Shown in pieces: positions 1 through 15,690 of a DNA stretch of 64,000 nucleotides. The notes under the pieces are model-generated. The model had not been told where the DNA came from and did not search any database. It saw only the letters and a list, made by a program, of their open reading frames with translations. Source of the DNA: the human T2T-CHM13v2.0 reference genome, Homo sapiens. The stretch is from the NCBI RefSeq assembly GCF_009914755.1, contig NC_060933.1. One strand, given 5' to 3'. Each line of letters starts with the position of its first letter. Positions within the stretch are counted from its first letter, which is position 1. The translations under genes were made by a program, and so were the position numbers.

Positions 1-295
1 TCTGTAAATACCTAGGAGTGGAGATACTGGGTCATACGGTATCTATTTAACTTTATAACTAATATTAGCTTTAATCTCTCAATTCCGAAAAAACTAATAG
101 TCCACGGACACCAACCCAGAAGCCACTGCCTCCTACCTCACCACATATCTCCTCAAGGTATGAGGTTAAACCTCACAGTTTCATGTGAGTGGATGCTGGC
201 AGGAAGAACAATTCAACCCATGAAAAGCTAAATGACAATGCATCTGAAGCACCTAGTAACTGACCTAGTGCACAGTAGATGCTCAATAAGCAGTG

Positions 296-905
<610 letters not shown>

Positions 906-1060
906 GGCTGGTTGCGGTAGTTCACACCTGTAATCCTAACGCTGTCAGAGGCCGAAGCAGGTGGATCGCTACAGCCCAGGAGTTCAAGACCAACCTGGGC
1001 AACAGGGAAAACCCCGTCTCTACTATAACCACAAAAAATTAGCCAGGCATAGTGCGTGCC
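906..1060 (+). mobile_element. AluJ-like left arm, broken just after the central linker
   Basis: ggctggttgcggtagttcacacctgtaatcc...aaaaattagccaggcatagtgcgtgcc. Confidence 0.9.
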
Positions 1061-1081
1061 ATTAGTTATATGCCAGATAAA

Positions 1082-1284
1082 GTTTTATTTGACTTTGGGA
1101 GTAAATTATTCCTAGCAATCTCTGAATTTTAGGTTCCAAAGAACCCTGGAGATAAATGGTAATTATATGCCCAGTATTATAGGTTATTTAACCTTACAAT
1201 TTAAAATAACCAAACCAAAACTTTCCGGTATGCTACCTGCATGTGCACAGCATATAACTGTACTTGGCATGTAGTGGGTTGTGT
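1082..1284 (+). repeat. Arm 1 of a local non-TE inverted duplication (partner 2051..2225)
   Basis: 1082..1147 is the exact reverse complement of 2160..2225; the remainder aligns with about 14 substitutions and two gaps. Confidence 0.93.
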
Positions 1285-1842
1285 TAGTTTCCTGTTGCAG
1301 CTGTAATAAATTACCCTAAACTCAATTGGCTTAAAACATACTTTTTATCTTATAATTCAGAAGTCCTAAAACCTGGATGCCACATTCTTTTTGGAGGATT
1401 TAAAGGAGAATCTGTTTTCTCTTCTTTTTTAGTAGTTTTTTTTTTAGGCTAGCCAAGTAAAGCAGTGAGAGCAGAGAGGGAACAGAGCAATCTGTAACTG
1501 GTTGTGATCATTTAGTTGTAAATACGACCACACTTGGACTAGCCTTTTCCAGTTTTTAAAGGCTGCCTTCATTCCTTGGCTCATGGCCCCATCTTCCATC
1601 TTTCAGACTAGTAGTGTGGCATCCTCCAATCTCTCTCCATCTCTGAGCTCTGCTTCTGTCCACATGTCTCCTTCATTCTGACTCTCCTGCCTTTGTTTTC
1701 TAATAAAATTTTTTTATTGAGATGAAGCTCATATAACATAAATTCCATCATTTTAATGTATACAATTCAGTGGTTTTTAGTATGCGCACAATTTGTGCAA
1801 CTATCATCATTAATTCCAGAACTTCCTCCCTCTTATAAGAAC
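1280..1842 (+). mobile_element. MLT1-type MaLR LTR fragment, interrupted by the Y3 retrocopy and an L1 3-prime piece (about 1706..1822, minus)
   Basis: Starts tgtgttagtttcctgttgcagctgtaataaattacc; contains ggctgccttcattccttggctcatggcccc. Confidence 0.75.
1424..1544 (-). pseudogene. Y3 RNA (RNY3) retropseudogene with A-rich tail, inserted in an MLT1 LTR
   Basis: Minus strand GGCTAGTCCAAGTGTGGTCGTATTTACAACTAAATGATCACAACCAGTTACAGATT...CTTGGCTAGCC matches hY3 over its full length (1447..1544), followed by poly(A). Confidence 0.9.
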
Positions 1843-1893
1843 TTTTTTTTTAACTTTTCTTCTTTCATTAAAAATAAATAAAGGTATAGCTGA

Positions 1894-2225
<332 letters not shown>

Positions 2226-3727
2226 CAGTTAGTCAACATTTTTTGGATAGTCAATTTCAGTAAACACTTCCCTGTCTTACTATCTATGAAAGACATTATG
2301 ATACAGTTCATCAAATCTCTTGCAAACATCACGATAGACGTGGACTTCTGGCATTCCCTAAAGGTGACCATGTATGACTTGTGCTGTGTGATCCATGGTG
2401 CCAATGGTCATTACCCTTCCCTTTGTAACTGCTCACAACCATGTGGTCAAGCACCTACTGCAGAAATTGACAGAACACTTACATCAAGTTTACCAGTCTA
2501 ATATTTATGGACTATATACGCTTCCTCCACCTTTATGTCTCAAAAAATATCTGCCTTTTCTTGGTTTTCTGGGACCTTTTTCTTCAGTGATTCTTCAAAG
2601 ATTATTGACAGTTGTTCTTTAATTTTAGTCCAAGCTCTCCTAGCACTCAATAGTTGATGAGAATCAAATTCACAGACTCTGGAGGTTCTTTTCCTCCCTC
2701 CTTTTGGTAGCTCAGATGGACGTGATTTAGCTCAATGGAAGAAGAGACTGACACACCAGCCACTGAGCTAGAGGCACGGTTTTCTAACAAGGCCTATTCC
2801 CTATTCATAGACCTCCCATTACTACACAGTCTTAGAGATGTTCTCCTGTCCCATACTATATATAGACTATTACAGAGCAGGATTCCTGTCCATTGGAAGG
2901 TAGGCCATCGTGCATCCAATCCAGCTATGCCCCACCTAAGCATACCTCTCTGTGGAATAAAAGTTCCAAGAGTTAGTTAGGATCAGCTTTTTCTCAGCTA
3001 GGATTTTCCCCTAATAAAGCCTACTGTATATTTATACCGTATGGCACTAAAGGTGTGAATATCCATGCCTCCTTTACACAACTATATTTAATAATAACTC
3101 CTCTGCACCAGAAGCTTGAATTGACTTCAAATGATTGTTTACAATGTTAACTCTTCCTAACCAGCTCTTGATCTTCATCCTTTATAAATCCTAGGATGAA
3201 ACTTACTTTTTCACACGTTTCCTGATACTTAACTTTAGCTCTCAACCCTCTCTTTTCTGACAAACCAGATTGTGCTTGCTACTTTTCTAAACTGAGTAAG
3301 AAAAAAATAACAAGACAATTCAGGATTTAATCAGATGACCTGCTTTTAATGGAATGATATTTGAAGCAAGGAGTGGGATGGGGAGAATAACAAACCAGTC
3401 CAGAAGCTCTATAAACTCAGTGTACACAGGGCCTTAGACCACAGCTGAGTAAGAATTACCTGTCTAAGGAAGAAGATAAATAATGAAGAAAAGGAGGAGT
3501 GAAGAGTCCAAAGTGAAATTCTGCCTCCTCCACATTTCCTTACACTGGTTCCACCCTCTTTTCTAAAGGACTGTCATTCCCCTTCCCAGTATTCTAGCCT
3601 CACTGCAATATGGTATGTCTCAAGTAGAAAGTGAGCTGGTGGGAGACACCAGTCAGCTTTTAGAGACACAGTATATACAATAACCAGTGGGAAAAGTACT
3701 CGCCAGCTCCCTTGACTGCTCTCTACA

Positions 3728-4295
<568 letters not shown>

Positions 4296-5291
4296 ACCTC
4301 CCTTGAGAGGTCACATCTTCCCTTTCTTGATTAATCTGCCCTGGAAACCCAGCTCCACAGGGTGTCATATAGCAACCTGGCTGACATTAGATTTCCAGCA
4401 TGAGGGGAACGGCCGAGCTGCTGAAGGGCACAGGGGATGAGCTGCTTACGTGGAATTCTTCCATTCTCACCCTCCAAAACAGTGGTGAAACACAGAAACA
4501 TACAATGACAGCATCACAATAGATCATCTGGAGGCTATGGTAGTAGTAAATATTAATTCAATATTTTCATACAGTAATACATGGTTTTGTGTCCTTGACA
4601 ATGCCTAGTGATTGTGGATGCTTACTCTAATGCTAACTAAAAAAATAACAAGGGGTTGTTTCAATTACATAGGCAAATAGTAAACGTGTATTTCAAAACT
4701 AGTTCCATTATTAGCCCACTAAAATGAATTTAGCAGTTTTCGAAGCATCACAATGAGAAAGTAAAAGACACATTTTTAAGGTAATTTACCTTGGAAACTT
4801 AAGTTTATGAGATGAATCTTTCATCAGGTAGGTTAAGCATACCTTTACTGTCTTGATTATTATTTAAGAACTCCAGTTAATTTAATTTCCCCAAATATGC
4901 ATAAGAGATTTCTGCTTCTCTATTCCAGTGTTGGGAGAGATTTCTTCAAATAAATGAAAATACATTTTCTTACAGCTTTACATTCTTCCTTATACATTTA
5001 AATATTGTTTATACTCTTAAATCAATGAGAATTTGTAATAAATATTTCATTTGCTCAAAGTAAAAAATGGAAACACTGATTTACTAAATGATCATTGCTG
5101 ACTTTTTTTAATCCAAATACTTTTAATTCTCCAAAATTGGAAGGTACCGATGGGAAGCATGTTCACTTTCCAAATGAGAATCGCATGGCATACACACTGT
5201 CTTATCTAATTCATCAGGACACCCACCCACTGGCACTGAAAAGCTGTAATCCCAGCAAGCAAGAGCCATACCCGTGTGCATGCACTCATGT

Positions 5292-5361
5292 GAAAATATC
5301 ACACACACTAAATTGCATTGAGGCCGTGACAACATGCAACTTAGTAATGTGCAATATCTCC
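5292..5361 (-). ncRNA. MIR32: microRNA-32 precursor hairpin (miR-32-5p 5335..5356; miR-32-3p 5294..5315), intronic and sense to TMEM245
   Basis: Minus strand reads GGAGATATTGCACATTACTAAGTTGCATGTTGTCACGGCCTCAATGCAATTTAGTGTGTGTGATATTTTC, the recalled hsa-mir-32 stem-loop; seed AUUGCAC (miR-25/32/92 family). Confidence 0.98.
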
Positions 5362-8279
5362 ACCAGAGCAAGCAGAATGGGAGCATCAGGGAAGAAGGGT
5401 GTGATGTATACATTCAGGAGACAACATGCTGCTGAAGAGAGGAAAATGGTCTGGGGATAAAGGATGCATGCCACTGACTCAAAACTTCATGAAATGAAAA
5501 CCCAATTGCAAATGTATTCAACTGAGAAGAATACTTATTCAGAATCAAAATAATGAGTAAGGTTCAAAACTTCAATGAGATAGTGATCATAAAGAAACCA
5601 CATACTTCAGAAGGCAAAGCTTCACGAACAGACACTATCACTGTCTGGTCATGCAATTAACCCCCAATTTCAATTCCATTTTTGACTTATTCACAGATCA
5701 TATAAATGAATGTAATGATTTCCACTTAGCTGCAACATAGATGATGATTAATGACTGATGCTTATAAAAGTTGGTATCACTGATATTTGTAGGCTAAACT
5801 GCACTTTGAGGACATTACAATATTTTCATAGTCATTCATAAATTATAAATAACCACTTATTTTTCCCTCAAAATCTTTTTCCATGAAGAAACATATTGCC
5901 TCTTCAACACAAACCTTCAGGATGAAAAATCCAACAGGAGCTCTTAGAAAGAGAACTCACTACCATCTTCTCCACAGGAGAAAGCTCTTCAGAGGAATCT
6001 CTGTAAAATCTGTACATTTTAAGTCTTGAATTTGAGCCAGTAAAGAAACAGCCCTAGGAACTTAAACTGCAAAAAAAACACCTTGAATTATAGCCTTAAA
6101 ATTACATAACTTGATATAGCTTTGGTTAGAAAAATGTCTCAGGCCATAACCCATTCTTTAGTCTGTACCATATTTATCAGACTCATAAAAATCTATCAAT
6201 TCTGAGAACCATTAGATTATAGTTCTGGTACCAAAGGTTGTTAAAATTTTTTCTGTATTTAAAATAAGGTGATAATAAAACAAATGGTTTTTAAATGCCA
6301 GTATACTATGGAACCAAGACATAAGCTACTGTTATAATACATAATTAGTGTATGCACTCCCAAGAAGGGAAGTCGAATCTAATTTGTAAAAGACTGATTT
6401 CCTCATATCGCTGTAGATGACAGCACTCTTTGTAATCTCAAATTCTCTCCTGAGCCAAAGACCTGAATTTCTAAATGCCACCCTCTTATGTCCACAAATA
6501 TAAGTCATGATCTTCCCTAACCAGCTCCTCTTGAAAGAAGGCATCATGGTGTAACAGAGTATGTGCTTTCAATCAGCTGAACCTAGGTGTGACTAACAGC
6601 TTTACTTACCACTGACTGGCAAACACAACAGCTAGGAATTAAGTTTAAAACAAAAAAGGTGGCATATTTGGTATGAAAAAAGGTGACAGACATTTAGAGG
6701 ATGGTCTGCTGTAAGAAAGCAGAACAAGAGAAAATTCAAAAGCTGTGATGTGAAAATAGAAACATTTTTCTAAGAATAAGAGTCAGTAACAATGAAGATT
6801 ACTTGAGGAAAATGGAAGCATCATCTTTCTTGAAGTTCTTTATGAACAAGGTAGATATTTTTCTGCAAAGCTTGGCTTAAGCCACACTGACTGGAGAATT
6901 CCTACCAGCCTTTGATATGGCTGCTACAATAAATAGCTTTACCCCACTGGGAAGATAAAAGATTAGCCTTCCTTTTTGGTAGAGCATTTGCAAAAGCTTT
7001 TCTGAGTCAGAAAGATATCACCTAGATAAACAAAAGATTATCTATTGCTAGAATTTTCATCATTTCATTTATTCAGCAAAGATGATAGTCAATGGTCATA
7101 TAGGACTTAGGAGGGAAGCTATAGCTGGTACTTCCTTCGAAACAGCTTCACCCCAATTGCTGTTACACTGGATAATATACTCCCAAATCTGGAATCTTTA
7201 TAGATGGCCCCTGTGTGGATACCTGAGGACACTATACAGGTGTTAAGAGCATTTTTTTTAATCCCACTTGACAGCCAATCGCGGAAACAAGGTATTGGTG
7301 AAGATCTTACCCAGGCCTTGCTAGTAGGAAAAGGGGAGAGAACTTAGCAAAAGTTCTACAGACATTGTATTTTAGGAGCATGCATCCTGTTTGAATGTAA
7401 CTGAAGGTTTTCTAACAATCAAATGGGATTCTCCCTAGCTATTACATGAACACAGTGAAAAAATATACCAAGATCAATCAGGTGCAATTATCAGAGAAAA
7501 AAAAAAAAATCAAGATTTCTGTGGAAGACTAGTTCCAGACAATATTTATTAAAAGTATGTGGAGACAGAAATGCCAGCCAAAGATTCGCTATTCAAGAGA
7601 TGCTTAAGACCACCTGGTTAACAACGTATTAGAAAAAGGAGCTCTAATGGACAATAGGAGGGTTTAATTTGAGACGTATTCATAAGAAGTAAAAATGTAG
7701 TTGAGTCTTGTTAATGAGGAATGATGACAGGGATTACAGGAGGGGCTGAGACAGGCCTGCTCTGCAAAAGGGTCCTCCCTACCAGAAATGATGAAGAGGA
7801 AAAGATAAAGGAAGCCAAGAGCCAACGACCTGGAAAGAGCTTATACAGAGGAAAAGTTGAAGAAGTTCATTCAGAAACAAAGCCTGTAAATACATGGATG
7901 CCAGAAGTCATAACGAAAAAGTTTCTGGCCAGAACCTCCAGTGCATACAGAGCCTATAACTTAAGAGATAAACAACGATTCTGCATTTCCAGTATCCAAC
8001 CTACTCCTTGCAGAGGGCACAGCTTGGCTGTAGGACAGAGGAGAAACAGGAAGTCCACCTACTCTCCTTCTGGAGCAAAGCTAAAACTCCTGACAGCAGA
8101 GGGTTCTGAAAGAAGTTGGAGATGGGGGTGGTGGAAGCGGGGGTTCTCTTAAGCAAGTGACATGATGCTAACAGCTAGTCTAAGATCCTGCTGATGGAAA
8201 GCTGATGGAGATAGACCATTACATCTTTGTAAATCTCAGGTTTGAGAGAAGGTTATCAAAACTGCTTTGAATTGTTAAA

Positions 8280-9155
8280 TTTTGTTTTGTTTTTGAGATA
8301 GGGTCTTACTCTGTTGCCTAGGCTGCAGTGCAGTGGTGTGACCAAGTTCACTGCAGCCTCCATCTTCCAGGCTCAAGCAATCCTACCACCTCAACCTCTT
8401 AAGTAGCTGGGACTACAGCTTTCACACCACCATGCCTGGCTAATCTTTTTTATTTTTAGTAGAGACAAGGTCTCGCTATGCTGCCCAGGTTGTGTCAAAT
8501 TCCTGAGCTCGAACAATCCTCCTGCCTCAGCCTCCCAAAGTGCTGGGATTACAGGTGTGAGCCACCGCGCCCAGTCTGTTTTTTTGTTTTTTAAGAAACA
8601 GGGTCTTGGCCGGGCATGGTGGCTTATGCCTGTAATCCCAGTATTTTGGGAGGCCGAGGCAGGCAGATCACTTAAGGTTAGGAGTTTGAGACCAGCCTGG
8701 CCAACATGGTAAAACCTCATCTCTACTAAAAATACAAAAATTAACTGGGTGTGGTGGTGCACGCCTGTAATCCCAGCTACTTGGGAGGCTAAAGCAGGAG
8801 AATCACTTGAACTCTGGAGGCAGAGACTGCACTAAGCCAAGATCACACCACTGCAATCCATCTCCAAAAAACAAAGAAACAGGATCTTGCTCTGTCACCA
8901 AGGCTGGAGCGCAGTGGCGTGATCACAGCTCACTGTAACCTCAAGTTCCTCAAGCAAGCCTCTGGCCTCAGCCTCCCAAGTAGCTGGGGTTACAGGTGCA
9001 TGCCACCAAGCCCAGATAATTTTTAAAATTTTTTTATAGAGACAGGGTCTCACTATGTTGTCCAGGCTGATCTCAGACTCCTGGCCTCAAGCAATCTTCC
9101 TGCCTCAAGCAATCTCAATTGCTGGAATTACAGACATGAGCCACTGTACCTGGCC
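8280..9155. mobile_element. Alu cluster: AluJ (-) 8280..8572; AluJ (-) 8580..9155 interrupted by AluS (+) 8608..8870
   Basis: Nested Alu flanked by TSD aagaaacagggtctt / aagaaacaggatctt. Confidence 0.9.
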
Positions 9156-9344
9156 TGAATCTTTTTCTTATTAACAACTGCACTGTTCATATTTATCCTG
9201 TCAAAATGAGATGAAAACCTTGAAAATACCAGAGTCCATCACGAGTTTAGCACTGAATGTTATCAGGATGCTCATGACAAAAAACAGGCTTATCATGGAA
9301 AAAAAGTTCTGGGAGAAATAAGAATAGCATAAACCTTATCCCTA

Positions 9345-9515
<171 letters not shown>

Positions 9516-9617
9516 CTAAAAAAATCGTATTTGGAAACTATAGGAAGACAGACATCTGCAATTGCAAATGAAACCAGAAATATGCTTTAACAGGGAAGGA
9601 AATATGATGTGTACTTA

Positions 9618-9779
<162 letters not shown>

Positions 9780-10053
9780 TCAGAACCAATCCTCATGAAA
9801 AAAGTTTCTAGAGCCATCTAGTGTGCTTTTAATACAGTGTTTTAGTACCATGAACTGAAAAGCTAAGAACTGAGGATTATTTCAAATGAAAATTAAAAAA
9901 AAAAAAGAAAAATCAACCAAAAACAGTTGTATACTCAATAGTAAAGAAAATAGTAAATCCACACCAAATAATATAGACAGCAATTAAAAACATCACTGTT
10001 ATAACATGGGAAAATATTTTACAATGAAATGCTAAATTTAAAAAACAGGATTA

Positions 10054-10360
<307 letters not shown>

Positions 10361-10406
<46 letters not shown>
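10361..10406 (+). repeat. (CA)23 microsatellite, (UG)23 in the pre-mRNA
   Basis: Direct reading. Confidence 0.97.
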
Positions 10407-10407
<1 letters not shown>

Positions 10408-10448
10408 CATTGTAGATTATGTAAAAATCGCAAGCAGAGAAAAAATAT

Positions 10449-10782
10449 AGTCATGCATCACTTAATTATGGAGATATATTCTGAGAAATGTGTCATTAGG
10501 CAATTTCGTCCTGCAAATGTCATAGAGTGTACTGATACAAACCTAAATGGTAAAGCCTAGCACACATATAGGCTGTAAGATACAACCTACTACTCCTAAA
10601 CTATAAACCTTTGTAGCGTGTTACTGTACTGAATACCACAGGCAACCACAATATAGGTATCTGTATATCTAAACATCTAAAAGGTACAGTAAAAATACAG
10701 TATTATAATCTTATGGGACCATGATTGCATTTTGTGGCCCATCATTAACAGAGACATTATTATGTGACACAGGCCATGACTT
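10449..10782 (-). mobile_element. Tigger3a-like (MER7) non-autonomous DNA transposon
   Basis: Ends agtcatgc / catgact; internal aaggtacagtaaaaatacagtattataatcttatgggacc matches recalled consensus. Confidence 0.8.
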
Positions 10783-12209
10783 TACCTCCTGGGGAATATG
10801 CTAGAGTACAACCTGTGGTTATATTTATCTTGTAGGATCCTAAGTGCAGGCCATGAAATTCCAGTATTTGCTTTACTGGCTGCCTAGCCCCCACCCTTGC
10901 CATTTCCAACTTAGAGCTATCTACAAATATAAAAAGCATCACCTCAATGACTTCATTAAATCACAAGAAAAGCAATCAACAGACAGGGACAAGAGCAGTG
11001 CTCTGAGGCCAAAAATCTTTCCTGAGACAGGCAATGACCAGTATATTGACGTCTACTGAGTTCAGCTGATTTGTCACCTACACATTCACTAGAACCAGAT
11101 ATCATGAGGAAGGTTTCTCATAGATGTTAAATATTAATAAAGGAGAGGTACAATATTTATAGCATACCTGCACATTTCATTTACTATCTCAAATCCCCTT
11201 ATTATATTATCTGTTCTATTCTTCCTAAGTGGACTATCCTTCCTCTTAATGAAAAATACAAAAACAAAATGACCAGAAAAACACCTCCCATTACCATTTC
11301 TAAAATGCTTCCATAGACCTCCCAACAATGCTGTGAACGAAGAAATGCAGATGATATTATCTCTATTTTATACATACATAATTTGAAGCTCACAAATTTT
11401 TAGAAAACTTGCCCAAAGGCACAAAGCTAGTAAGTGGAACTAGAGCTTAGAGCTTAAATGTTGTGGGGCAGAACTCACAACATCTGATTTTTGTTTTGGT
11501 GCCCTTCCCAAAACAGCAGTTCTGGTTTTTGTCATATGTCCATCTGTTCTATGAAAAGTCTTCTCCATTCCTTTCCTACTTCAGATGTACCATTTATAAA
11601 GGCATATTTTGTTGCCCTTGGCATTTCTTGCAAACCTCAGCTCAGTTTCATAAGAGAACTCCGGCAGGCTGGTTTCATTTACAAAAACTCCTTACATAAA
11701 ATCTTGAAAATGCTTCACAATGCCTACAAAAATGTGCAAGATTGACTGTTTGACCTCGTGGGATAAAGAATAAATGAACAATGCCATCAGTTCCAAGAAA
11801 CAAGCCAACAATGCCTTTACTTGTGATTTGACAAGCATTCTTTTTGCAGCTTCAGTCATTTTGGAATTTTTATTAAAAAAAAAAATTTAAATAGTTTCTG
11901 GGTTGCACTGAGAGAAAATATCTTGTGGTAATTCTTAAGAAATTAACTAAATACACTAATTTTAGATTGGTAGTCTCCAACAACAAAAAAGTAACCTTTC
12001 CTATTTGAAAGAAAAAAAGAAAGGGAATCAACTGGAGAAAATAGAGGAAGAAACATTTCTAGAATATTAACTAAATCCTTAAAGTAAAGTGGTTTAATTT
12101 ATATGTCAGGCTTAAAGAGGAGAAACTGGGTAAAGGCAGGCACAATAGCAAGGCCCATGAAACTCTGAAAACAAAACACATTTATGGAGACAAAATGTAT
12201 CCCAACTCA

Positions 12210-12550
<341 letters not shown>

Positions 12551-13114
12551 TCAGTTTAATCAACAATAGCAATGTAAGTACTGGAAGAACATCACAAAGA
12601 GTTCATTATGAAACATACAAAAAGCCCAAGAGACTTACTGAACCAACTAAGCAATGTGGTCATGAACGGTGGTCTCTACTGTGGATAAGAACTGACCAAC
12701 AAGGCCTCACCATCTCCAGTGGCTCTGCAGCCCTTTACTCTGAGTCCACCACTCACCAAACAACCTTTTGATTATTAACTTCGTTTCCCAGTACTTACTA
12801 AGAGCCATCAGCCCACCTTCTATGGAGCCGGTGAAGGAGATTCAAACGCAACAGTTTAGAAAAACAAAGGAGGAAGAGGACATTGCAGGAATGCAGAGGT
12901 CTAAATAAGGAAAAATGTCTCTCCTGGCAGAACTGAGCCACCTCTGTCTGCCTCAGAGACTTGGGAGGGAGCCTGGAGACAATGGACCACATGAGCTCTG
13001 CTATCTTCTCTAGTTCCAATCTTTCTTATCTTTAAAGGAAGGGACATGAGTCACGTGACCTCAAAACGCCATTTCAACACAGCCACTGTATTTCTAAATA
13101 CAACAATAATTATT

Positions 13115-13385
13115 GGCTGGGCATGGTGGCTCATGCCTGTAATCCCAGCACTTTGGGAGGCCGAGGTGAAAGAACAGCTTGAGCTCAGGAGCTCAAGACC
13201 AGCCCGTGCAACATAGCAAGACCCCATCTCTGCAAAAAATTTAAAAATCAGCTGGGTGTGGTGGTGTATGCCTGTAGTCCCAGCTACTCAGGAGGAAGAA
13301 GGAGGAGGATGAAGCAGAAGGATGGCTTGAGCCCAGGAGGTCAAGGATGCAGTAAGCCACAGTCAAACTACTGCACTACAGCCTA
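13115..13385 (+). mobile_element. AluJ, 3-prime truncated, with a GA-rich insert
   Basis: Alu motifs; no poly(A) tail. Confidence 0.88.
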
Positions 13386-14691
13386 ATGTGCTTCTCTTAA
13401 TTAGTTTAATTGAGGACCTAACACCATACTAAATTCTAAGGTAGTGATATATGAGATTCCTTCTACCTCCAAAAACTTACAATCTAGTCCAGAAGATTGG
13501 GTACAAACACTAAAGTGTCAAAAATTGAAAAAGAAGGTAAAATATGTTCAGGTATCAAAAGGGTGAAAACAATAAATGCAAAAGGAGTCTGAATGTAGAG
13601 AAACCTCAATGTATTCTGAAATACACTGGGAAGATTTCATGAACGAGACTGGCCCTAAGCCACCTATTTACAACAATATCCAAAAAACAAAAAAAAACTG
13701 ACAAAGCAAATAAAAATATAAAGGTATGAGACTAAGAAATGTTGAGTTCTCTAGAGGATGAAATACAGTTTGAAAGATAATACAACATTATATAAAAAGT
13801 CTGGCCTCTGGAGCCAAGGAAAGATGAACTGACTTTGAATATCAACTGTTATTTACCGTGCAAACTATTTAACACCTGTGAGCCTGTTTTTTTGTTATTA
13901 AAATGAAGGCAACTATACTACTTTTGCAGAATCACTGGGAGAATTAAATTGGAAATTAGTAAGCACCTAGCACAATATTTGACACAAAACATTTCATACA
14001 AAAACTACTAATCATCTGTTCCCTGAACTGTTCATTACTCAATATTTAAATGTGTTTAGGGATACAGAAATTGTACTTTTCTTTTTGAGGGATTACATGG
14101 CAAAACTGTTATTTTAGTTTCAAAAACTGCCTCTTCTCTTTCCGTAAGAATTTATAAAATTTAATCATGTTTCTTTATCATCTATCTTAATATGATTCAA
14201 CACTGTCACTTCATTCATCAATAACAGACACTTTTAAGTTCAACGACTACAGTCACAAAACAAAACAAAACAAAAAGGGATTCAATAACTTTTAGTTAAC
14301 ACACCTGAATTTTTGGGGAAAGCAAACATTCAAAGGTATTATTAGATGATACACTATTTTGTGTATGCACTGGCATTAAAGAGCCAACTGGAAGGTCCAG
14401 GATACTGGGTGGAACCTGCTAATGGGCTTTTCTACAGGCTGACCTGGCAGGGACCTTCCAGCTGCTTTTAGTGTTGCACTCTTAAAAAGGAACACACTGC
14501 CAAGGATCACCAGACAGGTAACAAAAGAGAAAGCAAAACAAACTTTAAAGAAACTCAGAGCAAAGAGAGAGCAGAAGTCATTTTAAATATTTTATTAGTA
14601 ATATTCTCAAATAAGTAAAAAAGGATGGTTCAGAAAAAAGAGCTATTGGATATTGCAAGTATGATAGCAGAAATGAAAATTTCAATCACGG

Positions 14692-14998
<307 letters not shown>

Positions 14999-15377
14999 CT
15001 CAATCACTGTTTCAAAGGCAAGTTGAAGCTATTTCTCAGGAGAAAAAGAAAACAAAGAGACAGAAAACAGAAAAGAGGCTTTCAAAATTAAGGAATCCAT
15101 GTTAAAGGCCCAATATCTGATTAACAGCACTTCATCTTCCACATTAGGAAGCCAAAAGATAACATCTAAAACTGCAAAACAAAGAGAGTAGCATAAACAT
15201 TATTTTAGAAATTCAGAGGTAAATACCCAGGGAAAGCTAAAAGAATTGGCAGTTGTTTGTAAAGAAAAGATGGGAAATTGGGAGGCATACAGCAGGGCAC
15301 TGCTGTTTATTAAAATCTTTTAGCGTTGCTGCCTTTTCAGTTATGGTCATGTATTACTTTGATAAAAATTAAATTTA

Positions 15378-15690
<313 letters not shown>

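Noticed and set aside
2230-3000. Possible Gypsy/ERV integrase or processed pseudogene remnant (HGHL...RDV on the minus strand)
   Set aside because: Similarity is too weak to support by eye; needs a Dfam or tBLASTn search
5095-5474. ORFs overlapping MIR32 as miPEP candidates
   Set aside because: No supporting start context or coding signature is visible; they cannot be separated from chance ORFs without Ribo-seq
7721-8152. 143-aa plus-strand ORF
   Set aside because: No recognisable domain or splice context, antisense within an intron, and a length compatible with chance or decayed repeat
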